DNA from: a bacterium
Lineage (GTDB): Bacteria; Zhuqueibacterota; Zhuqueibacteria; Residuimicrobiales; Krinioviventaceae
Assembly (NCBI GenBank): GCA_963675755.2
Contig: CAXXMD010000003.1
Location: 3,424,001 to 3,488,000 of the forward strand
DNA: 64,000 nt
Direction of reading: 5' to 3'
The notes beneath the pieces were generated by a model. That model saw nothing but the letters and a program-made list of their open reading frames with translations, was not told where the DNA came from and did no database searches. Made by a program: the position numbers and the translations under genes. The stretch's first letter is position 1. Every line of letters starts with the position of its first letter. Below, in pieces: positions 20,215 through 30,141 of this stretch.

Positions 20215-20943
20215 ATGGTAGTAATGAGAAAAGTATTTTTTTTAGTGATAATTATTCCACTGTCATTGTTCTCTTATGTAAATGATGGCCCGCCAAAAAA
20301 TGGTTATTTTGGTGGTTCAAGAGTTGCAAATTATTGTCATTTTAATATTCCTTTTTACATGAGTTATTTGGGGGACAATAATAATGCTTTTTCATTATTA
20401 TGGCCCGGACTTGCCAGTCCGATTGGTCAAATTCAATATACTAAAAGATATAATGAAAATTCTAAATTGGGCATAGGGCTAGGGCTCCCTTTTATTTCAA
20501 TATATGCTGATAGAGACTTCAATATCAGTAAAAATAAAAAAATTAATACCAGCTTTTTGGTTGGGATACCATTCTTCTCACTATCATCAAAAGTGTTCTA
20601 CCCCTTTGATGATGTTGGGAGATATAAGCAAGGAGTTTCATTTAATTATATCTATTATTCTGGATATTATAGCTGGTCTATGGTTGGAAATATGGATATT
20701 TATCCTGGATCACAAGTATTATCTTTAAATTATGAAGGTTTGATTACTCCAAAGAACAATGGCAAAGTTAATTTGTTCTTTTCTATTGGAGCTAATTATT
20801 TATTTTTGAGCTATGCGATTCGTCAAGCTGATAATGAAAATTATGGATTTAAGAATTTCGTGAATTTATATGATTATGCATTATCTGATGTTTCCTGGGA
20901 TAAAAAGATATGTTGGAGCCTGTCATTTGGGTTTAATTTTTAA
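20215..20943 (+). CDS. Hypothetical exported or outer-membrane protein
   Basis: Signal peptide, aromatic-rich, C-terminal WSLSFGFNF beta-signal-like end; AT-rich. Confidence 0.7.
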   Translation: MVVMRKVFFLVIIIPLSLFSYVNDGPPKNGYFGGSRVANYCHFNIPFYMSYLGDNNNAFSLLWPGLASPIGQIQYTKRYNENSKLGIGLGLPFISIYADRDFNISKNKKINTSFLVGIPFFSLSSKVFYPFDDVGRYKQGVSFNYIYYSGYYSWSMVGNMDIYPGSQVLSLNYEGLITPKNNGKVNLFFSIGANYLFLSYAIRQADNENYGFKNFVNLYDYALSDVSWDKKICWSLSFGFNF

Positions 20944-20952
20944 TAGAAACCT

Positions 20953-21058
20953 GATCGCTCAGATTATTTGATAGGATATTTGTCCTGATTCTTTAAGAAT
21001 TGTACGGGACAAATGTCCCACTTGAATATTCCGCGATACAGGAAACTGCATCGCGATC
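20953..21058. repeat. Short variant of the element (lacks the ATCCGCCAGCTGGCGGAT hairpin), between convergent genes
   Basis: GATCGC...GGATATTTGTCC...GGACAAATGTCC...GCATCGCGATC. Confidence 0.88.
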
Positions 21059-21075
21059 AGTCGATTAATAAAATT

Positions 21076-23001
21076 TTATTTCAAATATAGCATCTTTATT
21101 ATATCCACAAAATCACCTGTTTTGAACTTGCAGAAATAGATCCCGTTTGAATATTTTGATCCGTCCCATTTTACTGCATACTGTCCTGGTGATTGCCATG
21201 TGGAAGTAAGCATCTCGATCAATTGTCCGTTTGTGTTATATATCCCAAGCTCAACATAACTTGTATTGACAATATTATAGCGGATTGTGGTTGAGGGATT
21301 AAAGGGATTAGGGTAATTCTGTTCAAGACTGAATTTTTCAGGTACAATTGGAACCGACTGTTCAATATCAGTAACCAGATGTGAAATGAATTCTAACGTA
21401 TCGCTCCAATAAGTTTTGTCATCTGTATAAATATCTAGGGTGAATTTAATCGGATCATCCGTCGTACCTGTAAGAACCGATATACCATCCACGTTAAAAC
21501 AGATATTCTCCTGACATAAGACGGTTTTACCCGGGGGTATGTTGTAGAAATGGATTTTATCGTGATTTAAATTCACAACCCTTTCATCCATTGTCCCCAA
21601 TTTGGCGGTAACGTTTGGAATATTTGTTGTAGAGCCATAATTGTGTAGATACATCATAAAGGTAAGCATTTTTTCATCTGCATTGTATTCCAACTCGTGA
21701 TAAATCTCTCCTTCATTGGGTAATAATACCGGTCCACAGCTGGTAAACTGGGTGTTAAATGGACAATCGACTTTATAATTCATATCCAAATCAATAGTGC
21801 GTAATTTTATATCAAAGAAATCTTCTCCAATGTCGGTCAAATTAATTGTATTTCCCCAATTATTATCATTAGCTCCACTATCATCATGTAATCCGTCATT
21901 ATACAATTCTAATGAGTCCTTCAAGTCGGAATGCGTTCCCTCTATATACGCTTTTACGGATACTGCATGTTTCTCGGGGTTGGTCAGTTCAGCATAAATA
22001 TGAAAATCTCCACCTTTTTGTGTACAGTATCCCGGTTCTATTATTATATTTTTCCCAAACGCTAGGTCTATTAAAGGATTTTGATATTTTTTAAAGAAAT
22101 TGACAATTAAACTCCCGGTCTCAATGTCCATATTCCTGGGTTGCGCCCAACCGGGATCCAGTGCTGAGCCCGGCCAGCCGTGTCCGCCATTATTAACTTT
22201 ATATAAAATAAAACATCCATTCCCGTTGCAATTTGATATGGTTATTTTATCCACGGTGCTGGAATCTTCCGGTACCAGATCAGGCAGGGCGACTGTATCT
22301 GCGGGTAAAGCGCATTCATTTTTATCAATCCAGAAATCCATGGTTCTTTGCACAGACCATGAATAACTGAAATCCTCATCATAGGGTATTATATTATCTG
22401 CAGTACCATGAAAATGAAGTATGGGGAAAGGATGTGAATATCGATAGTGTTTTTCCTGAATATCATTTGGAGTACCGGCTACAGATGCTATGGCTGCAAT
22501 CCGGTGTCCCATTTCAGATGCAACGCGGTAAGTCATTTCACCACCCATAGACAATCCTGCACAATAGACCCGACCCAAATCAATATTATATTTAGAATCT
22601 ATTGTATCAATTAATGCGGAAAGATATCCCAGATCATTTGCCGTGGTATCTGATTTTATCCATGAATGATCAACTATGCCTGAATTCCAACCGGGATTAC
22701 CATCTTTGCTGCTACCTGTTGGATAAACAACTATTAATCCTGCTGTATCTGCATAAGCGTGTAAGCGTGTATATTTAGCCTGATACTGAGGTGTGTCCTG
22801 ATACCCGTGTAAATAAAGAATAAGCGGCATATTGGCCTGATAATTATGAGGAAGATATACCAGATAGGTTCTGGAGACTCCTTCGAAATCAAATTTTCCA
22901 ACATAATCTTGTGAAAATGTAATAGTGTTTATTAGGAATAATAAAAAGATGAGAATAACAAAATTACATTTCCTATTTTTCATGTTGACACTCTCAATCA
23001 A
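21076..23001 (-). CDS. Secreted PHB-depolymerase/LpqC-like esterase with C-terminal sorting domain
   Basis: LYLHGY, GLSMGG nucleophile, HFHGTAD, GGHGWPG; LYNDGLHDD..ANDNNW module; FSLEQNYPNPFNP; likely start at 22983. Confidence 0.88.
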   Translation of the reverse strand: MIESVNMKNRKCNFVILIFLLFLINTITFSQDYVGKFDFEGVSRTYLVYLPHNYQANMPLILYLHGYQDTPQYQAKYTRLHAYADTAGLIVVYPTGSSKDGNPGWNSGIVDHSWIKSDTTANDLGYLSALIDTIDSKYNIDLGRVYCAGLSMGGEMTYRVASEMGHRIAAIASVAGTPNDIQEKHYRYSHPFPILHFHGTADNIIPYDEDFSYSWSVQRTMDFWIDKNECALPADTVALPDLVPEDSSTVDKITISNCNGNGCFILYKVNNGGHGWPGSALDPGWAQPRNMDIETGSLIVNFFKKYQNPLIDLAFGKNIIIEPGYCTQKGGDFHIYAELTNPEKHAVSVKAYIEGTHSDLKDSLELYNDGLHDDSGANDNNWGNTINLTDIGEDFFDIKLRTIDLDMNYKVDCPFNTQFTSCGPVLLPNEGEIYHELEYNADEKMLTFMMYLHNYGSTTNIPNVTAKLGTMDERVVNLNHDKIHFYNIPPGKTVLCQENICFNVDGISVLTGTTDDPIKFTLDIYTDDKTYWSDTLEFISHLVTDIEQSVPIVPEKFSLEQNYPNPFNPSTTIRYNIVNTSYVELGIYNTNGQLIEMLTSTWQSPGQYAVKWDGSKYSNGIYFCKFKTGDFVDIIKMLYLK

Positions 23002-23204
23002 ATGATTTATTTAATAATAAATATTTGCAAGTTGATCAATTTCAGTCTGTGATTGGAAGAGTCGAATTCCGGGGGTATTCAACAATAATGTGGCTGTACG
23101 GAAAGCTGATTTTCAGTTACTATTTGTTTAATTACAACATATATTTATTGATTAATATTCAAGAGTATATATGTAGGTTTTTAGAAAAACGGACTCTGAC
23201 TGTA

Positions 23205-23960
23205 CGGAATATTTACCTGGACATTTGTCCTGAAACTCGGATAATTATACGGGACAAATGTCCCGTTTGAATATTCTGCGATGCAGGGATCTGCATCGCG
23301 ATCTGTTTTTTCTTAATTCTCCGAATCCACGTCAAAAATCCAGATTTTTAAAAGCTCCAGGTAGGCTGAAAATAATTGCCCGGCACCTCCGAGGTGCCGG
23401 GCAATTGGTTATACTTTTAAAATAAAGATGATCACGAGGCATATCTATGTTGTGCTGAATATATGATCGCCCGGTAATCCGCCAGCTGGCGGATGCCGGG
23501 CGGAATATTTACCAGGATATTTGTCCTGATACTCGGAAAATTGCCTGGGACAAATGTCCCGCTTTAATTTTCCGCGATGCAGGAATCTGCATCGCGATCA
23601 GTTTTTTCTTAATTCTCCGAATTAATGTCAAAAATCCAGTTTTTTAAAAGCTCCAGGTAGGCTGAAAATATTTGCCCGGCACCTCCGAGGTGCCGGGCAA
23701 TTGGTTGTACTTTTTAAATAAATATGATCACACGGCATGTTTATGTTGTGCTGAATATATGATCACCCGGTAATCCGCCAGCTGGCGGATGCCGGGCGGA
23801 ATATTTACCAGGACATTTGTCCTGATACTTCAAGAATTCTACGGGACAAATGTCCCGTTTGAATATTCCGCGATGCAGGGATCTGCATCGCGATCGGGTT
23901 TTTCTTAATTCTCCGAATTAATGTCAAAAATCCAGTTTTTTACAAGTTCCAGGTAGGCTT
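23205..23960. repeat. 296-bp tandem repeat (about 2.5 units): hairpin element + 3' end of the hydrolase gene + REP-like palindrome
   Basis: Element copies at 23205-23303 (partial), 23465-23599 and 23761-23895, with ends exactly 296 bp apart; palindrome TTGCCCGGCACCTC-C-GAGGTGCCGGGCAA at 23376-23404 and 23672-23700. Confidence 0.93.
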
Positions 23961-24738
23961 CGTATCCCATTATATCCGGGATGTCGGTGTGGTTAGCATC
24001 CTGGACCAGGATCATGGATTTGGGTTCGGGGGCGTTTGCGTATACCACCTTCCCATTGTCGCGATAGCGTACAAAATCGTCTTGAGCACCATGGATCAGC
24101 AGAAACCGGGTATTTATGTTTTGGATCTGCTTTGCATTGTCAAACGAACCGGTTGTGAGCCACTGCGAGGGGATATCCAACACCGTGCTGCCCTGTGTTA
24201 ACGAGTTTGCGGATGCAAATGGAGACTCGGCAATCAAACAGCGTGGATCTACTTTTTGTCCCGCAAGATAGATCGAGGCCACATTTCCCAGCGAATACCC
24301 GTAAATACAGAGCGAATCGGCGGGCACGTTCTGTTGGTTCATGACATAGTTGAGCGCAGCATCACTGTCCTGATAGAGTCCGGTTTCGGAAGATTTTCCC
24401 TCGGACTTGCCGTATCCACGATAATCATAGATAAATATATTCACACCCAGCTCGTACAACAGCATGACACGGTCCCAGTATTCATCAATATTGTGCTTGT
24501 TGCCATGACAATAAAGAATGGTTATACCGGGCCGTTCGCCATTGGATTCCACCCAATAACCGTAAATTTTATTACCGCCGCTGTTGAGAGTCACTTCCTG
24601 CAGATGGTCCTGCGGAATGGAATTGCCGGGCAGGGTGTATTCGTCCAATGATTCGGTGTTGAATAAAAATCCATCCAGTTCACAAGCGGTAAACATTGTA
24701 GAAAAGAGCAGTATGAAAAGCAGGTATAGATTTTTCAT
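23905..24738 (-). CDS. Alpha/beta hydrolase lipoprotein (ABHD17/BEM46-like)
   Basis: Lipobox FTAC; YCHGN, DYRGYGKSEG, GYSLG, IHGAQD, ANH. Confidence 0.9.
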   Translation of the reverse strand: MKNLYLLFILLFSTMFTACELDGFLFNTESLDEYTLPGNSIPQDHLQEVTLNSGGNKIYGYWVESNGERPGITILYCHGNKHNIDEYWDRVMLLYELGVNIFIYDYRGYGKSEGKSSETGLYQDSDAALNYVMNQQNVPADSLCIYGYSLGNVASIYLAGQKVDPRCLIAESPFASANSLTQGSTVLDIPSQWLTTGSFDNAKQIQNINTRFLLIHGAQDDFVRYRDNGKVVYANAPEPKSMILVQDANHTDIPDIMGYEAYLELVKNWIFDINSEN

Positions 24739-25400
24739 TTAAAACTCCTTTCCAGCGCAAACAGAGTGGTAATAGCGCCATAACCGGAGATGGGCAGATA
24801 ATCCACTGCCAGGTTCTCGCTGGCAATGTTGGAGCCGTTCCATTTAATCTCGGTAATGAGGCGGGTATTTCTGCCGAGTTTCCACTCGTAACCGACAAAG
24901 GGTGAAAAGATCAGGGACTCTGCATCGTCATCATAATCGGGATCAGAGATGGGTGCGGCCATATCCAGACCGCCAAAGAACTGTCCTTTTCCGGTCTGCC
25001 AGGCGGATGAAAAAGATACAACCGGGTAAACTCGATATTTCTCTTCAATATCGGATTTCAAGCTGGCAAAGCACATTAAAAACGGGTGAATACCAATGGT
25101 GGGTTTTAAACCATTTTGTTCTATGGGGTACCAGGAAAATCCGGCATCGAGTCCTGCCATTTTGTAAGCCAGTGGCAGCATATGCAGATTTGTAAACAGG
25201 TTGATGGATTCTGATGCGCCATATTCAAGCCCTCCGGTGAGATATGGAACCGGGATTTGCGTGCCCAGTGCCTTAATAATAGGGCCGCCAAAGCTTACAT
25301 TGGCATCCACATTGCCTTTACCCAGGGGCTGCAAATGTGTATGTGCCGCACAGGAAAAGAGTAGTAAACTGCTTAATAACAAGAGTATTGTTTTCTTCAT
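24735..25400 (-). CDS. Hypothetical lipoprotein / outer-membrane protein
   Basis: Lipobox LFSC; 4-bp overlap with the hydrolase gene; beta-rich. Confidence 0.75.
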   Translation of the reverse strand: MKKTILLLLSSLLLFSCAAHTHLQPLGKGNVDANVSFGGPIIKALGTQIPVPYLTGGLEYGASESINLFTNLHMLPLAYKMAGLDAGFSWYPIEQNGLKPTIGIHPFLMCFASLKSDIEEKYRVYPVVSFSSAWQTGKGQFFGGLDMAAPISDPDYDDDAESLIFSPFVGYEWKLGRNTRLITEIKWNGSNIASENLAVDYLPISGYGAITTLFALERSFK

Positions 25401-25519
25401 TCATACCTCAGATTAGGGGATTTTGGGGAGCTATTTCTACTAGAATTTGTTTTTACTGTGTCAAAAATCAGACCAGAATGAACCGGGGGATCCGGAAGCG
25501 TGTGCGAGAATTATATATA

Positions 25520-25558
25520 GTTAATATTCAGGCATTTTCAATTTACCTGAATATTAAC
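25520..25558. terminator. Inverted repeat downstream of the DUF5107 gene
   Basis: GTTAATATTCAGG...CCTGAATATTAAC. Confidence 0.55.
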
Positions 25559-25573
25559 TATTTGTCAAATGTT

Positions 25574-28500
25574 TTATTGTATCAATTGAAGCATCAGGTT
25601 AGCATCAATATTCAGCGGGTCTGTTTCCAGAGCTTTTTTGAATAATGAAATTGCCTGGTCTTTATCGCCCAGTCCCAAATGTCCCAGACCTTGCATATAG
25701 TATGACGAAACGTGCAGTTTTTTCCTCTGCAATTCTTTGTTGAGCTGGAAAATTCTGCCTGAATGTTCCTCATCTACAGTCACGGTAATGTGTCTGCTGT
25801 CTTTACCTTTATTAATGCGTTGCAGGCCATCCTCAATCAGTTTTTCAAAACGTTTTTCTGCTCCTGATTTATCACCCAGTTCAATTTGTGCCAGTGCTTT
25901 GTAATACTCTATTTCCGGGAAATCGCCGGCGCCCCAGCCCTTGTTGAATGTATAGTTGACCATCTTTTCATACCAGGATTTTGCGGCTTTTTTATCATTC
26001 GCCAATGCTGCATTTTGTCCCAGATAATAATAAGCTATACCAATTTTGCTGTTTCGTTCGGCTTCAAGATTTTTTGGGAATTCCATTGCCTGCATGAAAA
26101 AGGATTCTGCTTTTTTATAGTCTTTATTGTTCATGTATTGAATACCGGTTTGCAGGTTGGCATCGAACCATAGCACATGCGGATTAAATGTAGCGCCTTC
26201 TTTGATATGATAGTTTAGTTTGTTCAACAAACCAAGTGCTTTATCATAATTACCATAGTAATTGGCCAGTTTAATTTCCATTATTTGAATGTCTACAATG
26301 TCTTTACCCAGTGTTCCGTACTCCTCAAGAAATTGAGCAAGCTGTTCCGGTGACATGCTGGAATAAGACATGTAGAGATCTGCTTCGTTAAAATAGCGGG
26401 GCTCTGTGGGGTCTAGTGAAATCGCTTTAATTATGTTTGCTAACGCATTGGGCATATCCTGCAGATGATTTGCCTGAATGTATGCAATATTCCGGTAAAT
26501 TATGGATTCGCTGCTTTTGATTTCGGCTGCCATTTTCCAATATTTTATGGCATTTTCATGCTGATAGTCAGCCAATGCATTACCAAGCAGATAACATGCA
26601 GACGCATCCTGAGCATTTTGAGATACGGCATATTTCAATACCTTGATAGATTCACTGCCATAGGGAAAACAAAGATCCAGCGAAAGATTGCCGGCCTTGT
26701 TCAAGGCGTCTTTGGCCTTGTTGGGTTTTCCTGCTAAATCATAATACATAGCCAGATGATAATAGATCATGGGGTATGCATTCAACTCAACCAAAGGTGA
26801 GGATGCTGCAAGTTCAAGCACATTAGAAGCATCGGTATAGAGTCCCATTTCACTATAGCGTGTAGCAGTTTCAATATAGTTATAGGGTTCTGTGCGGAAA
26901 TGTTTAGTAATATCCATATAGTGCGATAGATTTGGATCGATATTGAGATGGGTCTCCAGCATCCGCAATTCGTTCATGGCAATCAGGCAAAGCGGATCAA
27001 CCGTAAGGGCATTTTGAATCGTTTCAAGGGCTTTGGGGTAATTACCCAGTTTTCGCAATATAATGGCTTTACTGACAAGTGCTTCAACATTCTGGGTGTT
27101 GGCTTTGCATGCCCGGTCCGCAGCATCGTAGGCTTTGTGCCAGTCATTTTGAAGCGCTTCGAGGTGCGATACAAGCGTATATCCCGCAGAAGTCCATTCA
27201 TAATCCCAGGTGGATCTGTACAGCATGTCTAATGCTTTATCAATCTGATCCTGCTGCATATAACAGATACCCAAATAGAAAAGTGAGGTGGCATCCTGGG
27301 CTTTTTTATGGTTACCGGTTACGATATTCACTGCTTTTTCAAGATGTTTTTGAGCTCTTCTATAATCTCCTCTTTTGAGATAGACGGTTCCGATTTGGGT
27401 GTTGGCCAGTACATTGTTCGGATCTCTTGCCAGTGCAGCTTTATAGTATGCCATATAATCATAATTGGTATTGCCAAACTGCTCCAGTTTTAATCCCGCA
27501 AAAAAGAGGTCCTGGCTGTTTGTATAAGAATCGGGAGTTGAGGGATCCTCATATGTTTCCGGAAAAGGTTCGTTCAGGGGCGGTTGTTTTTGCCATGACA
27601 GCATTTGAGCGCCTTGTGAAGAAGAGAGCGTTATCTGGAGGTCCTCATACGCTGTATCTTTATTAACCTTGATTTCGCTCTGAAAAGGTTTAACAGGTGA
27701 TATATCTAATTTTTTTGAAAATAACACCTGATCTTTGGCTTTGAGAATAATTTGGGTATTGTTTTGTACCGATGTTGCATTGATCTCTATTAACGCTTTT
27801 TGGTTCTCTAGTTCCAGGTTTACGGCAAAGTCTTTGTTGACCTCTTTCATGTTGCTGAGGTTTTTAATGCCATACATATACATGGTGCCATATTTGGTTT
27901 CGAAAGGAGCAACAAAGTTGTAATCGGGTTGATTGTCTGAATAGAATCCCATCATCAATTCTGCATAAGGGCCGTCGGCATCTGTTAGCTTTTCATCCCA
28001 GACTTTTTGGACTTCATTTTTGCCCCAGTTCCAGAGTTTTTTACCCTTGAATATACGATGGTCTCCCACAAAGGCTACACCAGCTTTTTTGCCGTGATCA
28101 ATACCACCCATAAAATCCTGATGAGACTTGGTAACAAAAAAGGATGTAGGCTGCTTGACAGCATTCCACCATGACAAATCTTCTCCGTGGGTATAATCGT
28201 ATGATTGATAGACCTGGTTCAGTATGGGCCACCGGGTAAATTCTGTTACATAGTGAAAATTCATCATCTCAACATCGGGTGGAAAGATGAATTGATAATC
28301 GTCATTTACATGTACTGCATTGTTTGCAAAAAACAAGGCAGGGTATTGAAATGGAGTAACATTCAGGGTTTTGAACTCCATTTTTACATAGGACTTGCCG
28401 GGTTCCAGCGTCATGCCGACCAGCCACCGGGTTTGGCTTCTTTTTTCATATTCTCCAACCCAAACTGTTTTACTGCCATCCGTATGTTCTGTTATGGTAT

Positions 28501-28945
28501 AATCCACCGGCAATAGACTGGTGGCCCTGTGGTGATGCGGTGTGTTCCACTCGGTTCCTCCGGATGTCCAGGCGCCAAGTGTTCCTATTAACGCGGGTTT
28601 AACAACGTGATTATTGTAAATCATGTCATAGTTGTTGGTTTTGTCAAGAGCGTAATACAGTCTGCCGCCCATTTCCGGGGTTACACATATTTTTATGTAT
28701 TCATTTTCCAAAACAACTGCTTTATAATCTATATCCGATTTGATCTCGGTCTGTACATTATAGAACGGATAGGGATAAATATGTCTTTCTGCAAGCTGAA
28801 CCTCTTCATTGCGAAAAAATAGCGGGATTTTATCCGGATCGGGGACTTTGTAGGTAGGTAATGTGAATGTTTCTTCCGAAACTGTTACCTGTGAAAAGCA
28901 GATTGAGCTAAATACTAGCAGCAAAGCATAAAGATGCAATTTCAT
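25574..28945 (-). CDS. DUF5107-domain + TPR-repeat protein
   Basis: IYPYP, LENEYIK...PEMGGR, YNNHVVKPALIG..GAWTSGGTEWN; long TPR C-terminus. Confidence 0.9.
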   Translation of the reverse strand: MKLHLYALLLVFSSICFSQVTVSEETFTLPTYKVPDPDKIPLFFRNEEVQLAERHIYPYPFYNVQTEIKSDIDYKAVVLENEYIKICVTPEMGGRLYYALDKTNNYDMIYNNHVVKPALIGTLGAWTSGGTEWNTPHHHRATSLLPVDYTITEHTDGSKTVWVGEYEKRSQTRWLVGMTLEPGKSYVKMEFKTLNVTPFQYPALFFANNAVHVNDDYQFIFPPDVEMMNFHYVTEFTRWPILNQVYQSYDYTHGEDLSWWNAVKQPTSFFVTKSHQDFMGGIDHGKKAGVAFVGDHRIFKGKKLWNWGKNEVQKVWDEKLTDADGPYAELMMGFYSDNQPDYNFVAPFETKYGTMYMYGIKNLSNMKEVNKDFAVNLELENQKALIEINATSVQNNTQIILKAKDQVLFSKKLDISPVKPFQSEIKVNKDTAYEDLQITLSSSQGAQMLSWQKQPPLNEPFPETYEDPSTPDSYTNSQDLFFAGLKLEQFGNTNYDYMAYYKAALARDPNNVLANTQIGTVYLKRGDYRRAQKHLEKAVNIVTGNHKKAQDATSLFYLGICYMQQDQIDKALDMLYRSTWDYEWTSAGYTLVSHLEALQNDWHKAYDAADRACKANTQNVEALVSKAIILRKLGNYPKALETIQNALTVDPLCLIAMNELRMLETHLNIDPNLSHYMDITKHFRTEPYNYIETATRYSEMGLYTDASNVLELAASSPLVELNAYPMIYYHLAMYYDLAGKPNKAKDALNKAGNLSLDLCFPYGSESIKVLKYAVSQNAQDASACYLLGNALADYQHENAIKYWKMAAEIKSSESIIYRNIAYIQANHLQDMPNALANIIKAISLDPTEPRYFNEADLYMSYSSMSPEQLAQFLEEYGTLGKDIVDIQIMEIKLANYYGNYDKALGLLNKLNYHIKEGATFNPHVLWFDANLQTGIQYMNNKDYKKAESFFMQAMEFPKNLEAERNSKIGIAYYYLGQNAALANDKKAAKSWYEKMVNYTFNKGWGAGDFPEIEYYKALAQIELGDKSGAEKRFEKLIEDGLQRINKGKDSRHITVTVDEEHSGRIFQLNKELQRKKLHVSSYYMQGLGHLGLGDKDQAISLFKKALETDPLNIDANLMLQLIQ

Positions 28946-29021
28946 ACATACCTCTGGCAGGTTGAATTTTTCTTTAATATTTATGATAAAAATAAAAATA
29001 TTTTTATTAAATCAAAGTGAT

Positions 29022-29962
29022 TTAAGATTGGTGGGTGTTGCTCCAGTCTAATCCGCCTTTGTGGTTGATATTGTGTGCAATGTCAGAAGCAATTTTGAAA
29101 TATTCTTGCATTTCTTTTGAATTGTGGGTTGTTTTGTAAAAATCATAAAGCGCTTGCGCACTGTTCATCATAGCAAATGGAGCATTTATATCAACTGCAA
29201 TATCATAGGCGGTAAGCAAATATTCCAATGCAGTTTCTGTATTACCCCTAGCTGATTCCAGCTGCCCCATGGTAATGTATGAAAATGGCAAGAACGGTTT
29301 TAATCCGATTTGCTGTCGAATTTCCAAAGAGCGTTTATGGAGAGGGTAGGCAGAGTCTGCATCTCCATTGCGTTGATGCGCTTTGCCCAAGTGCCGGATT
29401 GCAAAAGAAAGCTCATAATGATATTGAAAATCTTCTGCAATACTGCCTGCTCTGGTGAAATGTTCTACAGCCCTTTCAAACTGTTTTTCCTGTTCATCTG
29501 TCTGTCCCAGATGAATCAAGACCTTACATATCCCTATACTGTGCTTATATTGTTCATATATTTGTAGTGCGGTTTCGAAATGCTTTCGGATTTCGTCCAG
29601 GCTGCCGGCATGCTGGTGCTCAATTCGGTGCAGCATGGCATTACCAATCTCGTCATTGGAATCTGCAATTTCCAGGTCTGCATCAATCTGTTTTGCCAGT
29701 TCCAATGCTTTATTAAAAGAAAATAGAGCCTCATCATAACTGCTATTGTGCATAAAGGCAATCATTTCCTGAATACGTCCCAGCTGTACCCACAACGATA
29801 CCCGGTTCTGGCCCATTTGGCATATTCCGGAATGCTGCTGAGGGCGGTTTCTACCAGGATTTCTGCTTCTTTTAGCTGACCTGTATTATACTGGCGGCAG
29901 GATAGTTCATAGACGGACTGGTAATAGGTATAGAAATTATCGTTCTCATTAAAGCTGGTCAT
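29022..29962 (-). pseudogene. TPR protein split by a frameshift near 29817 (or a two-gene split)
   Basis: The ORF from ATG 29962 (GAAAGGA RBS) overlaps, in another frame, the TPR ORF 29816-29022. Confidence 0.6.
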
Positions 29963-30141
29963 TATTAATCCTTTCAAGTGTATGGGATACCTATTACAAC
30001 CAATATAAAATAACAATTCATCCATAAATCAATTCAGCTATACATTAAAATCCTTGACTTTGTAAATCGTGTTGCTGAAATTACAGGGTATTCAAACCTG
30101 AATACATTCAAGATTTTGCAGTACAAATTCCGGAGTTTGAA

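Noticed and set aside
19835-20221. Small ORFs 19835-20068 and 20015-20221 (also 23025-23270)
   Set aside because: They are translations running through the palindromic repeat element, without convincing RBS or coding features
18955-23895. CRISPR array or classical integron attC array
   Set aside because: The repeats are ~135 bp with irregular gene-sized intervals and no cas genes; I saw no RYYYAAC/GTTRRRY core ends and no intI, and the third gene is inverted
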